64,000 bases of DNA, taken from the NCBI GenBank assembly GCA_030704615.1, contig CM060731.1, positions 64,170,001 to 64,234,000 of the forward strand, read 5' to 3'. Position numbers and translations under genes: made by a program. Source of the DNA: Takakia lepidozioides (lineage: Eukaryota > Plantae > Bryophyta). Positions 10,178-22,300 of this stretch are shown here, in pieces; the stretch's first letter is position 1, and each line of letters opens with the position of its first letter. The notes beneath the pieces were generated by a model. It made no database searches. It worked only from the letters and a program-made list of their open reading frames with translations, and had not been told where the DNA came from.

Positions 10178-13100
10178 ATGAGGGAGGAATGGAGCCCTTA
10201 GTATACGGCAATCCCGAATACTGTCAGTGCCACTGGTAATGTTGAGTGCAACCTATGTGGATTAAAGCTTTTTTAACGTAAGGATCAGTTGCTCGCTCAC
10301 CTCGGCTATAAAAATGTGAAGAGCGCTGGGGTGGGTTTATGCCTTAAAGCATCTATGCGGGTATAAAGCCATTTTGCCCAGTATGGAGGCAATATTCCAA
10401 TGTCTCTGGATCTGGACATGACCTCTGAGCAGAACACTTCATCTTCCCGACAAAATGCCCCGATTAGTACCCAAGGCGACTCTTGTGAGGCTTCAGGTGT
10501 CCTTGGACAAGTGGGTTGTGTCGGAGCAACACCTGCTTCAGGGTAGTTGCAAGAGAGAGTGGACCAAAAAGTTGAAGATATGGCCTACATAAAAGTATAT
10601 AAGATAAAAAAACAAAAAATCGTGAAAAGAAAACCAAAACATGGATTCACTTGCACTATATCATGTGGAACGTCTATTGTTGGGATACTGTCATTTCAAA
10701 TGGGAAAAAGAAAGATGTTATGGAGGATATATGTCGTCACGTGTTGTCGGTAACGTAATCCAAACTTGACCATAATCACAAAAATACATGTTTTTGAAAA
10801 TTTGACCTTGGGCCACCCTTCATCTATAATAAATAGTTGTATTTAATGAAGACAGCTCATGGGGTGTTTTGGTTTTCATATTGTAAAGGATTTTATGAAA
10901 ATGGCTGTTATTGGTAGGTTAATAAAGTACATAAAATTTAATTCAATGAGTAAAAATATTTAAAAACTCTCACACTAGATTCTTTATCATAATAGCAAAG
11001 GATGGCCAAGTCTCTTATTCCAATTATGTTACAAAATCTAACACATAATAAGTCCATAACAAGTTTTGTATGGACTCTAACAAAAGCTTATGGACTTTTC
11101 ATAAAGTCCATCACTTCTAGAGATAACGGTTTTTGGGGGGCAAGTCTGAGAAGGTAGATACTACATGTAGATAGGTACAATGTTGTGAGTCCCTTTTAAG
11201 AAATTTCATAGAAATATAAGATTGTAGATCAAAACCAACAAACTATGTAAAGGAAAAATGACGCATTTACGTCAAAAAATGGACACTGTAGGCTGCAATC
11301 ACCCTTCAATATCTCTTTGTACCCCTACACTTCAACAGAGTAGAGGATTGCGGCAGCAATCCATGCAGGAAGGTCTTAACTTGTCTGTGAAAAGGCAGTT
11401 AGATAAAAAATAGACACAGTTTTTCTTCGAGGCCAACATATCATTTAATGTGGCAAGGCTTCCGGCATTTGTTTCTGTCGTTAGAGCAACCTCGGAGTCT
11501 AGATCCACGTACGTGCCTCCGACTTATCACAATCTCCGCACAAAATTGCTAGAAGACGACATGATCGAACTTACCCAAAAGATCAACGATAAGACGGGCG
11601 AGTGCATCAGAAAATATGGAAGCACAATATGTGCCAATGGTTGGAGTTCGGTTACAAACAGACCATTGTTCAATTTCATGTTTATATGTCCAGCTGGGGA
11701 ACAATTCTTGGGATCGGTCGACACTAGCGGCGAGAAGAAAGATGGACGTTATCAATGTCAACTATTGACGGACTTCATCGAACAGGTCGGAAGTGATAAA
11801 ATCGTGCAAATATGCACAGACAATGCCCCTAACATGAAAAACACTGCAGACATATTGTTGGCACGTTATCCCCATATGTACTATCAAGGTTATGTTGCTC
11901 ATATCCTTGACCTCCTTTTGGAAGATTGGGAAAAGAACAGTGGGTGAAACAACTTGTCAAGCGAGCAACGACCATTGTGTCGTTCATCCGCACACACCAT
12001 ATCTTTTTGGCAATATAGAGGAGGCGCAAACCCAAATGCAGCCTCCAGAATCCAGGCGAAACTCGTTTTGCCACTAACTTCTTGATGGTGGATCGGTTGG
12101 TGACGGTGAAGAGCAGTCTAGAGCACACCATCATCGATCCTCGATGGGATACGTACACACGGACATTGCAGGACTCCAGAAAAGCCAAGTCATTGGGCAA
12201 AAGTCGAAAAGTTCGGAATAGCTTTCGCAGCGATGATTTCTGGAAGAAATGTGAAAACTTTGTTTATATGGTAGAGCCAGTGTTAATTGTGTTACGGGAG
12301 TTTGATGAAAAGCAACCAGTAATGGGCAAGGCATGGTTACTAATGCAAAATCTTGATAAGCACGTCTAATCTTTGAGGCATCCTTCCCTTCTCCTTGAAA
12401 TCTGAACTTGCGGACAGTGCTTCGGATGCATTTTATGACCGTTGTTCGATGGTTCGAACGGACTTGCATTATGCGGGGGCTTTGCTCAATCCATTCTTGT
12501 TCGACAATACCATGCTCTGAAACAATGCTGATGCCAAGGCCGGCCTCGTGCAAATGTTCATGCGACTAACTCCGCCGAACATGGCAGAAAAAGCTATATC
12601 CGAATACCAATGCTTCTCAGATCGCCGCGACCCTTTTGATGTCATGTCGGATCCAAAATAGCTCAATATGTTGCCACATGAATGGTGGGATCTGATTGGA
12701 GCTAAAGCAATAACATTGGCTCCTATTGTGAAGCGTATTCTTGCTCAAGTGTGCTCTGTCTTATCTTTCGAACGCAATTGGGGCAGTTACTCATTTGCTC
12801 ACAACAAGATTCGCAACAGGTTGAATCCCGCGAGGGCTGACAAATTGGTGTATGTATATACCAATTGCCGACTGCTACGTAAGAGGGCAGCGGAGGATGC
12901 TGCAACATGGTATGAGAGGAATTTGCATTCCGAAGACTTTGTTTCTGAGGTAGATTCGATGAGTGACAATACTGAGCCTCAGAGGGAATCATCTGCCTCC
13001 AATAGTGAAGATGGATCCGATGATGCTCCCGAAAATGCGTATGACCCGTTTACGTTCACACAGGATGATGCTTATATCCAGCCGACCTTTGATAAGCCTC
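10178..13100 (+). pseudogene. hAT transposase pseudogene (BED zinc finger, DUF659, hATC dimerisation domain)
   Basis: BED-like W...VECNLCG...LLAHLG...C; FFFEANISFNVA; TICANGWSSVTNRPLFNF; IVQICTDNAPNM; PGETRFATNF; PHEWWDLIG...RILAQVCSVLSFERNWGSY...RNRL...ADKLVYVYTN. Several stops and frameshifts. Confidence 0.93.
10541..11304. mobile_element. 764-bp AT-rich non-autonomous TIR element inserted in the hAT ORF, 4-bp TSD TTCA
   Basis: TTCA at 10537-10540 and 11305-11308. Termini GGGTAGTTGCA / TGCAATCACCC form an imperfect TIR. Excision restores the frame ...GATPAS|ISLCTPTLQQSRGLRQQSMQEG...FFFEAN. Confidence 0.85.
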
Positions 13101-14339
13101 TTTCAGTCTGCCTGCCTCACAAAGCATCTTCACATGCCCAGAAGAGCCAGAAGAGGCATTATGGACTCCCTCTCTTGATCCTCTTTGTGGTTTTCACACC
13201 GTTCTTGCCTGGGGTGTGGACCACATGTGAGACACCCCACAGTTAGGGCATATTTAGACCCACACCTTGGCTCAGTGTACAGACCCGTGATAAAAGCCGT
13301 GGAATGTGTCAGGTGTGAGATGGCAGAGCCGTGGAAAAAGCCGGTTTCTCTTCTAGTGGCAAACCCTATCTTTTGATCGTTGACAGCAGGGCCTGTGGAT
13401 TAATGAGCTAGGTTGTAATTTCTTAGGGCCATAGAGGATCTAGTTTTATGGGGGCTGCCTCGGCGGGGTTTGGGACTCTAAGGACGTGGTGGCCTGAAAT
13501 GCCTTATGGCCGCGGCAGCCTGATAAGGCACCGACCTGCTCCTTTTCGGGCCTGTTTCTGGTGTGTGATGGATCATAGTGAGGTGTTTCTTGCAAGCCTT
13601 AGCATGGACCTCTTGAAGGATGAGGATGGTAAACTGTAATGGAATCCTACCTATAGTTTTGGCCTTGTCATGACATCAGGCCTATGACCTGCAATCTGAG
13701 TTTTTTATGTGCCAAAGAGGCTAGATCTCGGTTGTTCAAGTTTGTGTGTACAAGTCTTGAAGTTGCAATTTGACAGGCTGAATTCACATTCCCTTGACAC
13801 CTTGTATGATTACATGTCTCGGTGTGAGTGCAAATGGTATGGAATCTATTTCAACATGCCCAAGTAGGATTGCTTGGAGGCATGTTTTGATTCTGAAAAA
13901 TTGCAGGCTGGTCCTTATGCCTTGCTTGATGCATGATAAAGTAGGCTGCTGCTAATTATTTTGTCATACCCAAGATGTTTGCTTGAAGGGCATGTCCTGA
14001 ATATGTAATATTGCAGGCTGGTTTCACATACCCAAGATGTTTTGCTCTATGCATGTCTTTGTTGTAATTGTGATGCCAAGAAAGGGTATGACAGGTTGCA
14101 GCAATCTGTTTTTTCAGAACACAAGATGTTTGCTTATATGCTTGTCTTGTTGTCATGACCTATACATGAACAAACCCCGCCCTCCCACCCTATTTTATCA
14201 AGAATGATTAGGTGATGTCAATTCATGGGAAGCTATGACAAGAATGGAAATGTTAGATGGTGCCCTATTTTGGGCTGTTTATATCTTTAATTGACAATGA
14301 CCCTAGTGGGTCTTGTCCATGTCTTGACATGACATGAAT

Positions 14340-15640
14340 ATCTTCCCTCTCTCTCCCTCGTTCTCTCTCTCTCTCTCCTTCTCCTTTGTGCAGGTCCCCA
14401 AAAAAAAAAGGTAAATCTCTCCCTCTCTTTTTCTCTCTCCCTCTCTCTCCATGAAATTGAAATTGAAGAACACTTCTTCTATTGTCCTATATACTATGAG
14501 ATCAGTGGGGATTCCATTGTCTACTCTGTGGAACCCAAACTCTCACTGAAATCTCTCACTATGAAGATCAGAAATGCATGGCTGCTTACCTGCAGTGGGC
14601 GCCTCACGCAGCAGCGCCTTCACGCTGGCGTTCTGCTGGCACTCCGCCACCAGGTTGTGTGGGCGCGTTCCCTCGCTCAAACAACCAAAAATAAAATAAA
14701 ATAAAATAATGAGGGAGAGATAAGGGAGAGAGATAAGGGCGAGAGGGAGAGTGAGAGCTAAGAGGGAGAATGTGAGAGAGAGAAGGAGAGGAAGGGTAGC
14801 TCCCTCACGCGGCAGCTCCTTCACACTGGCGGTCCCTCCCGCGGTGCTGGCGTTCGGCTGGTGCTCCACCAGCAGGTCGCGGGGGCGCGCTCCCAGCTCG
14901 CTCAAACAGCAAAAAAAAAAAACAAAAGAGATAGAAGAGGGAGAGAGAGAGGGAGAGAGAGAGTGAGGGAGAGGGAGAGTGAGAGAGAGGGTGCGTGCGG
15001 GTTTGAACGCCCGTGGCGCGTCAGCGCCGTGTCACCGCCGCCGGAAAACGCTCCAGTGCGCGGGGGTAGTTGCGCCCGGGAGAGCTTGAGAGCAAAAAAA
15101 AAACGAAGTAGGGATGGAGGGAGGGGAGGAAGAAGAGTGAGAGGAGGAGGGTGAGGGAGAGAGAGATCAGATAGAGAGATTGAGAGGAGGAGTGAGAGAC
15201 GGTCGGTGCAGCCGCGGCGCGCCAGTGTGGCGACCCCACTGGAAATCCTCGGCGGCGATCAGGCGCCTTCGCAAAGGGAGAGAGAGAAGGGAGAGAAGGG
15301 CGGCTACCTTGGCAGGAGGAGGATCTGCTACGACGTTGGGAATCGCACGGGCATCGCTGCCTCAGGGGGACGTCGCACGGCAGTCGCAGTGGCGACGCAA
15401 ATCTGGCGCAGAGGTGAGTTGAAGAGGCCTCTCACTTTTGTTTTGTTTTTTGTTTTTGGTTTTTTGGGTTATGGGGTTTTGCAATGATCATTTGGGTTTT
15501 TGGGTCTTTGGCTCTTAGGGTTTTAAGGGTTACATAGTTTAGTTTAGGGTTTAGTTTCATAGAATAATTTAGGGTTAGTTATAATATAGTTAGTTTAGGA
15601 TTAGCTGCAATCTAGTTTTATTTTTAGGGTTTCTTTTTTT
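14340..15640. repeat. Low-complexity CT/GA tracts, GC-rich island and degenerate TTTAGGG motifs, probably a non-coding retroelement interior
   Basis: CT-rich 14340-14450, GA-rich 14700-15200, TTAGGGTT motifs 15515-15632. Confidence 0.6.
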
Positions 15641-15699
15641 GCGGGGTGGGGACATATGGCTTTACGTTTTGTGGGTCAAGTTTTTCCAAGGGTTGGGAG

Positions 15700-15920
15700 T
15701 GTAACTCCTCCGGAGGTTACAGTGGATCACAATACGGTACTCTACCTCTTCTCGTGCTAAATATGCCGTGTTTATCGACGTGTCACGCTTGAGGATTCGT
15801 TGCTGACTGCCACAACCACCTTGTTAGAGGGCTGCTTGGGACTTAGACGCTTTTACGGGATCTGTGGGGTACCCTTAATTTTTACACAGACTGAGACCAA
15901 CAGGAGCCTTAGGGGTGACA
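15700..15920 (+). mobile_element. Short 221-bp LTR-like unit preceded by a PPT-like tract
   Basis: Inverted termini TGTAACTCC...GGGGTGACA, preceded by TTCCAAGGGTTGGGAG. No partner LTR in the window. Confidence 0.45.
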
Positions 15921-15943
15921 ACAACAGGCTTTAGGGGGGGAGA

Positions 15944-16185
15944 TACACAGCCCGACACAGTCCATCACAGCCCGTCACAGCCAACACAGCCCGACACAGT
16001 CCATCACAGCCCATCACAGCCAACACAGCCCGTCACAGTTTGACACAACCGACACAGTCAACACAACCGTCACAGCTTCACACAGCCAACACAGCCCGAC
16101 ACAGCCGCCACAGCTTCGCACAGCCCGACACAGCCAGTCACAGCCCGCCACAGCCTGATACAGCCAGCACAGCTCGGCACAGCTG
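15944..16185 (+). repeat. CACAGCC minisatellite array on the 5' side of the gypsy element
   Basis: More than 20 copies of (A/T)CACAG(C/T)C(C/A) at 9-10 bp spacing, directly after AGGGGGGGAGA. Confidence 0.9.
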
Positions 16186-16710
16186 GGGGACAGTTATCAT
16201 TGGCAGGGAACGACTGTGGGGAACGACATCTATAAAAGAAACGTGTACTACAGGGATGACGGTTAGTTAGGAAAGCAGTTAGAACAGCTTGTAGGGAGAG
16301 AAAGCGAGGAGCGGGGATGGCTGGAAATCACTTCTGGGTGGGGGGACTTCTGGCATCGGGGCTTGGAAATAGAGGGAAGAGCACATCTCTGAGAGAAAAG
16401 ATGAAGAGCGCGGAGTAGGAAAAGTGACGATCTGTTGTTACTTGATGAATGCAAGCTGTAGAATTGTAATGTAGAGTAGATTAGAGACACCTTGGCTTCA
16501 GCCTGATACTTGATAGATATTAATCTGATACATACTTCATACTCACACTGTGTAGAGAGACCTGAGTGAAGCTGTGGAATGAATGGATGGAACTTGATAG
16601 ATTTCTGAAGCAAACTGATACTTAATTGCAGATAGTAAGGTAACTCGCTAACATGAATGTGGGAAGGAGTACAAATAAGAAACACCCCCATGATACACTA
16701 GCTGTAGGTC

Positions 16711-17700
16711 ATGACTGATTGTTCTGAGCGGGCTGAGTGCTTAAAGATTTCCAAACTTTCTATCTTGGAGTTCCCACCTCGGATAGCGAAGGGATGGGTG
16801 AGTAAAAGCCGCTCGACATTTGGCGACCATACTGGGGAACTGGGTCAGGAACAACCAGATGTGACAGGCATCTGGTGGGATCATGGTGGTTGGAGAATTA
16901 AAAAATTTGATGTGAATCAAATTCCTTGTGAAACTGAGAAGGAAAGATTGTCCAAACGATTCTTTCAGAGGTTCTTGGAATTGCCAGACGGTTGTAAAGA
17001 AAACATTCTTAAGAGAGTGCATGATGCTGACCCTGAGTGGGGTCTGGAGAAAGGAGTGATAAAGATTTATCAGGTGGCCTGTAGAGGAAGAGCACGTTGG
17101 TTACCAACACTTGGTTACCAGCATTGCTATCCATTAAGCGAGTAGAGTTTGAAGGCTGGGAGGAAAGAAAGGTGAATGTTTATACTCATATGCATGAAGA
17201 GCTTGTACTGTAAAGAATTGGATTCCAAAGGATATTCTGTGGATCAAACTCACACCAAGAACAGCTTTCCAGACTTGTTTGCCATATGGTTATATGGTAA
17301 CGAGACTTCTAGTATAGCCAAGGTGCATTGAAGCTTGAAAGAAACCCTAGGCATATACGAGAGATATTACAGAAGAGAGTTTTGGTTATTGCCACATTAA
17401 AAGAAATGAAAGACATGGGACATGAGTGATGAAAGAGAAGCTAGACTCCAGAGATATTCAGCAAAAAGAGAAAGCTATCTGAAAGCTAATTATCCATATC
17501 TTTGGGAGAGAGGAATAGACATAGGGGAATCATCTGGACCTCTCACACCATTAAGATCAGGAGTACATCACCCATACCGGAAGAACTAGAGTTGGATGCC
17601 ACTCCTTCTTTTTCTTTGCAAGAAAGATTAAGGGAATTGGTAGGGAAGAAGATCAATCACGAGGTGAAAGATCTGAGGTACATCCTGGATAAAAGATTTG
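16711..17700 (+). pseudogene. Extra ORF upstream of gag, unknown function, frameshifted
   Basis: 144-aa ORF from ATG 16711; protein-like fragments continue in shifted frames (...DEREARLQRYSAKRESYLKANYPYLWERG...). Confidence 0.5.
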
Positions 17701-17799
17701 ACAGAAATCTTTGATAAGAGTTGGCATGGAACACCAAAAGCAGGAACTCCAGTTTCTGAAGCGGAGGTGAAGAAGGAGGAGAGGATGTGGCAGAGCCAA

Positions 17800-19374
17800 C
17801 GGAGAGTTCAGACTCTCCAACACCATTGCAGTTGAGTTACATGAGTGAAGAAGAAACCCAAGGCAGAACTTGGAGGATGAAAACAGAGAGAAGAAATTGG
17901 AAGAGAAGAGTATGAAGAAGTAGACCCAACAGCTGAGGTTGAGACTACAACCAGGACATCCCAACCCGTTGGACCTGGATCAAGTGGAGCACTTGGATCA
18001 CAGGCCAACGAAGGTGTCGGCTCAGGGGGATCAGGCGGGCTGCCTGGATCTGGCTCTGGGGGGACAGGGAGTGTGGGAAGTAGTGCAACTGGAGCTGGGA
18101 ATACTGTGAATATCGTGGGGCCAGTAGCAGGGGGAGTGCTCAGGGCCACCACTTGGTGGAAGATCCACCACAAAACAACAGGTCCTCAAGGACCAGCACC
18201 AGCAAGGGTGCCAGCACCTGTCAGTGGGCAGAAGGTAGGGCCACAGATGGCGTTACAACCAACACGGGCAAAACCACCTTTTCCAATATATTCAGGAAAA
18301 AGGGATCCCGATGTACACATTAGCCAATTTGAGCACATGTGTATAGTGAACAATGAGAATGGCGATGATGCCAAGATGAGATTGTTTCCTTGTTCACTTA
18401 TCAAGAAAGCAAGTGAATGGTATGCAAGATTCCCTGATAATCATTTCCTAACCTGGAATGGCTTGAATACAACATTCCGAAATAGGTTCAGGACAAGTAA
18501 AACTGAGGATGAAGTGTATGGAAGTTTACAACAGTTAAAGCAAAAGAAGCATGAAACTGTTGAGGAGTATATGGAAAAGATGGAATTGATGATGAAAAAG
18601 CTGGCTGCTGTACCAGCACCAGGTTTACAGAAGACTTGGTTTGTGAGTGGACTAAGACCAGAGTTGCAAAGAAAGTGGATATGTTACCCCATAATACAGT
18701 GGAGGAGGCATTTGAAACAGCAAACAGAATTGAGCAATTGGGAATGCTCAGGAGAGAGAAAAGGGATGATGAGGACTCTGAGGATGAGTCAGATGAGGAA
18801 GAAGAGCAAGACTGAAAAGGAAGAGTAAGAGAAGGAGAAGTTGAAGAGGGATAACTATGAGAAAAGATTAGAAGAAATCTTGAAGAAGTATGCCACAGAG
18901 GCTGCAACACATTGGAGGAAGGGTGTTTGGTGTGCAAAGTGCCAGAATGAAGGCCATACCACCACTGAATGCCACATGAAGGAGAAACACTGTACTATCT
19001 GTAAAATGGATAACCATTCTACTGAGAATTGTTACTACAACAGAAGGACAGCTGCAAGAGAACCTAGGCAAGTAAGGGTGCATCAAGTGCAGCCCCAGCC
19101 AAGAAGAAACAATGATCAGGACCACTATGGTAGGCCTGGTGGTTATAACAATGGCATGGAAGGGAGAGGTAATTCAAGAGGGAATTACCAAGGAAATTCC
19201 AGAGGCAACTATCAGGGTAATCCAAGGGGGAATTACCAGCCAGGGAATCAGGATTACAGAAATAATCCAAGACAGACCAAGGGAGGACCCAATGGTGAAG
19301 AACTGTTTATTGTAATCAGCCAGGACATCGCAAGGCAGCCTGTTCATTCTGGATTAGACACCAGAATGAGATGA
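17800..19374 (+). pseudogene. Gypsy gag (retrotrans_gag capsid region, three CCHC knuckles)
   Basis: YSGKRDPDVHISQFE...MRLFPCSLIKKASEWY...TWNGLNTTFRNRF...LKQKKHETVEEY; CAKCQNEGHTTTEC; CTICKMDNHSTENC; a third, frameshifted C..CNQPGHRKAAC near 19305-19345. Confidence 0.9.
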
Positions 19375-19399
19375 GAGCTCCTGTGAATGAGGCCCAGTG

Positions 19400-22300
19400 G
19401 TGGCAGCTCACATGGTTAGGCCATGTGTTGTACCAGAAGTAAGTACAATGATAGTAACAAGAAGCAAAGCCAAACTAATACCTCCAGTAGTTGAGGAAGA
19501 TGATGATAATGAAGATGGCAGTGATATGCCTGAAGATGATGAGGCTTGGAGAGATGAGAAGGAACTGCACAAGGAAGTGGCAGATACCATAAGGGAAATG
19601 CAGAAGAGTACTGATATTCCTGTGGCAGATTCCTCTGATTCTGATGGAGAAGAAGAAGTGAGTGAGGATGAAAGGAAGAAAGAAGTGCAGACATGCAAAG
19701 TAATGAAGGGACTTTGGCTGAAGTAATATGCCAGACCAAAGCAGAGATTACCATTGGACAGCTATTGGCTGTGGCACCTTATTGTAGACACAGGCTGTAT
19801 CAAGCAATCAATCGAATTGCCCAGGAGACAGGAAACACAGACCTGAACAGCAAGGTGACCAGTTATAATGTGAAGCCGGAAGGGCGAGAAACAGTCATGG
19901 ACTTTGATGATTCTATGCCAGTAATCCAATTGAGAATTGGAAGCACAGAACTAACTGATGTACTGATAGATGGAGGCTCTGGAGTAAATATCATGACAGA
20001 CCAATTAAGGAAGAAGCTTGGTCTAAGTAACATGAAACCAGCCCCATTTACAGTAACAATGGCAGATCAAAGAAGTGTACAGCCATTGGGATTGATAAGA
20101 GGAGTTAAGATACAGATACAAAGATGATCTTTATGATCACAGTAACTGTGTTGAAGATGGATGAAGTCATGGAGGCTTACTCCTTATTATTGGGACGTCC
20201 GTGGCTGAAACAGGCCAGGGTATTCCATGACTGGAATTCTCAGTTACTAACTGTGCATAATGGGATGCACGAGATACAAATTACCACTAAGAAATCTAGT
20301 AGATTACCTGCTACGAGAAGACCTCGAGGGGTCAGAGAGTATGACTGGAGGGGAGGACTGGATGAGGAGCAGGAAGCTACCCTGTTCGCTGCACACCCAG
20401 AGTGGGAGCAGGTTGCAGAGATGCAGCTGGAAGGCCTAAGTTGTTTAAAAGGTATCTGCTGTGGTGTAGTGACAGCAACACCAATTGAAGGAAACCAGCA
20501 GTTACCCACCACATTTCTATGAAGAAAGAGAAGGAGAAATGGAAATCCTAGAGAACCAGCCACTGTGAGTTTACAGGATGAAGTGGTGACTGGTTGGACA
20601 ATCACAGCTGATGAGCAGTGAGGGAAGTGAATGTGGGAACTGAAGAGGAACCGAGGATGGTGAAGGTAGGAGCTGATTTGGAGCCAAAATTCTTTGAAGA
20701 AGCTAAGTTTGTTCATCAAATACAGAGATGTATTTGCTTGGAGCTACGAGGATCTAAAAGGATACCACCTGAGATCTGTCAGCATAAGATTGAACTGGAA
20801 CCAGGGTCAGTACCAATCAAGCAGGCAAGGTACAGAATGAATCCCAACTATGCACAGAAGGTTGGAGAAGAGATCAAGAAGTTGGCTGAGGCTAAGTTTA
20901 TATACCCAATAGAGTATACAACTTGGTTGTCACCCATTGTGATAGTTCCCAAGAAGAATGGTAAACTAAGAGTTTGTGTGAACTATAAGAAGTTGAATGC
21001 TTGCACGAAGAAGATCCTTTCCCTTTGCCATTCACAGAAGCAGTATTGGACACTGGCAGGCCATGAGATGTACTCATTCATGGATGGCTTCAGTGGTTAT
21101 AATCAAGTGCAAGTGGCAGAAGAAGACCAGGGAAAGACAGCTTTCATCACAGACTGGGGTGCTTATGCATACAAAGTCATGCCCTTTGGACTTTGTAATG
21201 CACCAGCAACCTTTCAGAGAGTGATAAGTGAATCTTTTCATGAGTATCTGGATGATTTCATGCAGGTGTTCTTGGATGATTTCAGTGTGTACAGCTCTAA
21301 GAATGAGCACTTGCATAAATTGGAGTTATGTTGGCCAGATGCAGGATGAGAGGTCTGGGCCTGAATCCAGAGAAGTGTACTTTCTGTGTGAACTCAGGGT
21401 GCTTCTGGGACACATTGTGTGTAAGAGGGGACTTCTTGTGGATCCCAGGAAGACAGAGGCCATTAAAGCCTCTCCACCACCAGTAAATGTTAAGAGTCTA
21501 AGGAGATTCCTTGGGCAAACCAGTTATTACAGAAGATTTGTCAAAAGGTATGCACAAATAGCAGCACCATTGAGCAAGCTTCTGAAGAAAGATGCAGTGT
21601 TTGCATGGACAGCTGAATGTCAACAGGCTTTTGAGGAACTTACATTGTCAGTAACAACTACACCTGTGCTGATTAACCCTCACTGGCATGTAGTATTTCA
21701 TGTTCACTGTGATGCCTCAGGAGAAGCGTTGGGAGCAGTGTTAGCCCAAATGTTACAGGAAATATAGATTCACCTGTGTACTATGCTAGCAGGTTGATGA
21801 ACAGTGCTGAAAGGAACTATAGCACAACTGAAAGAGAAGCACTGGCAATGATTTATGCAGTCAAGAAATTCAGGCATTACCTATTGGGAAGAAAGTTTAT
21901 GTTTTATGTGGATCACCAGGCTCTGATATATCTGGTGAACAAACCTTTGATAAGTGGAAGGATAGCGAGGTGGTTAATAATCTTGCACGAGTTTGAGTTC
22001 GAAGTTGTTTACAAGCCTGGCCGTTTGCATCTTGTGGCAGATCATTTGTCACGACTAACAACAGGAGACCGCACAGGAGTAGACGATCATTACCTGATGC
22101 GAGTTTATTTGTAATGGAGGTGCAGGAAGTGCAGATGAATGGTTAGATTGGCAGTGGCCAATCAGATACTACCTTACTCATGGTCAGTGCCCACCTAGTT
22201 ATGGTAAGGAGCAGAGGAAGAGAATCGCTATCAAGGCTTTACCTTATACTATGGTAGGAAGCAGAATGTATAAGCTAGGACCTGATGGAGTACTTAAACG

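Noticed and set aside
14543-15487. Overlapping ORFs in the GA/GC-rich region
   Set aside because: Low-complexity translations with no domain signal.
15515-15632. Interstitial telomere
   Set aside because: Only scattered, non-tandem TTTAGGG-like motifs.
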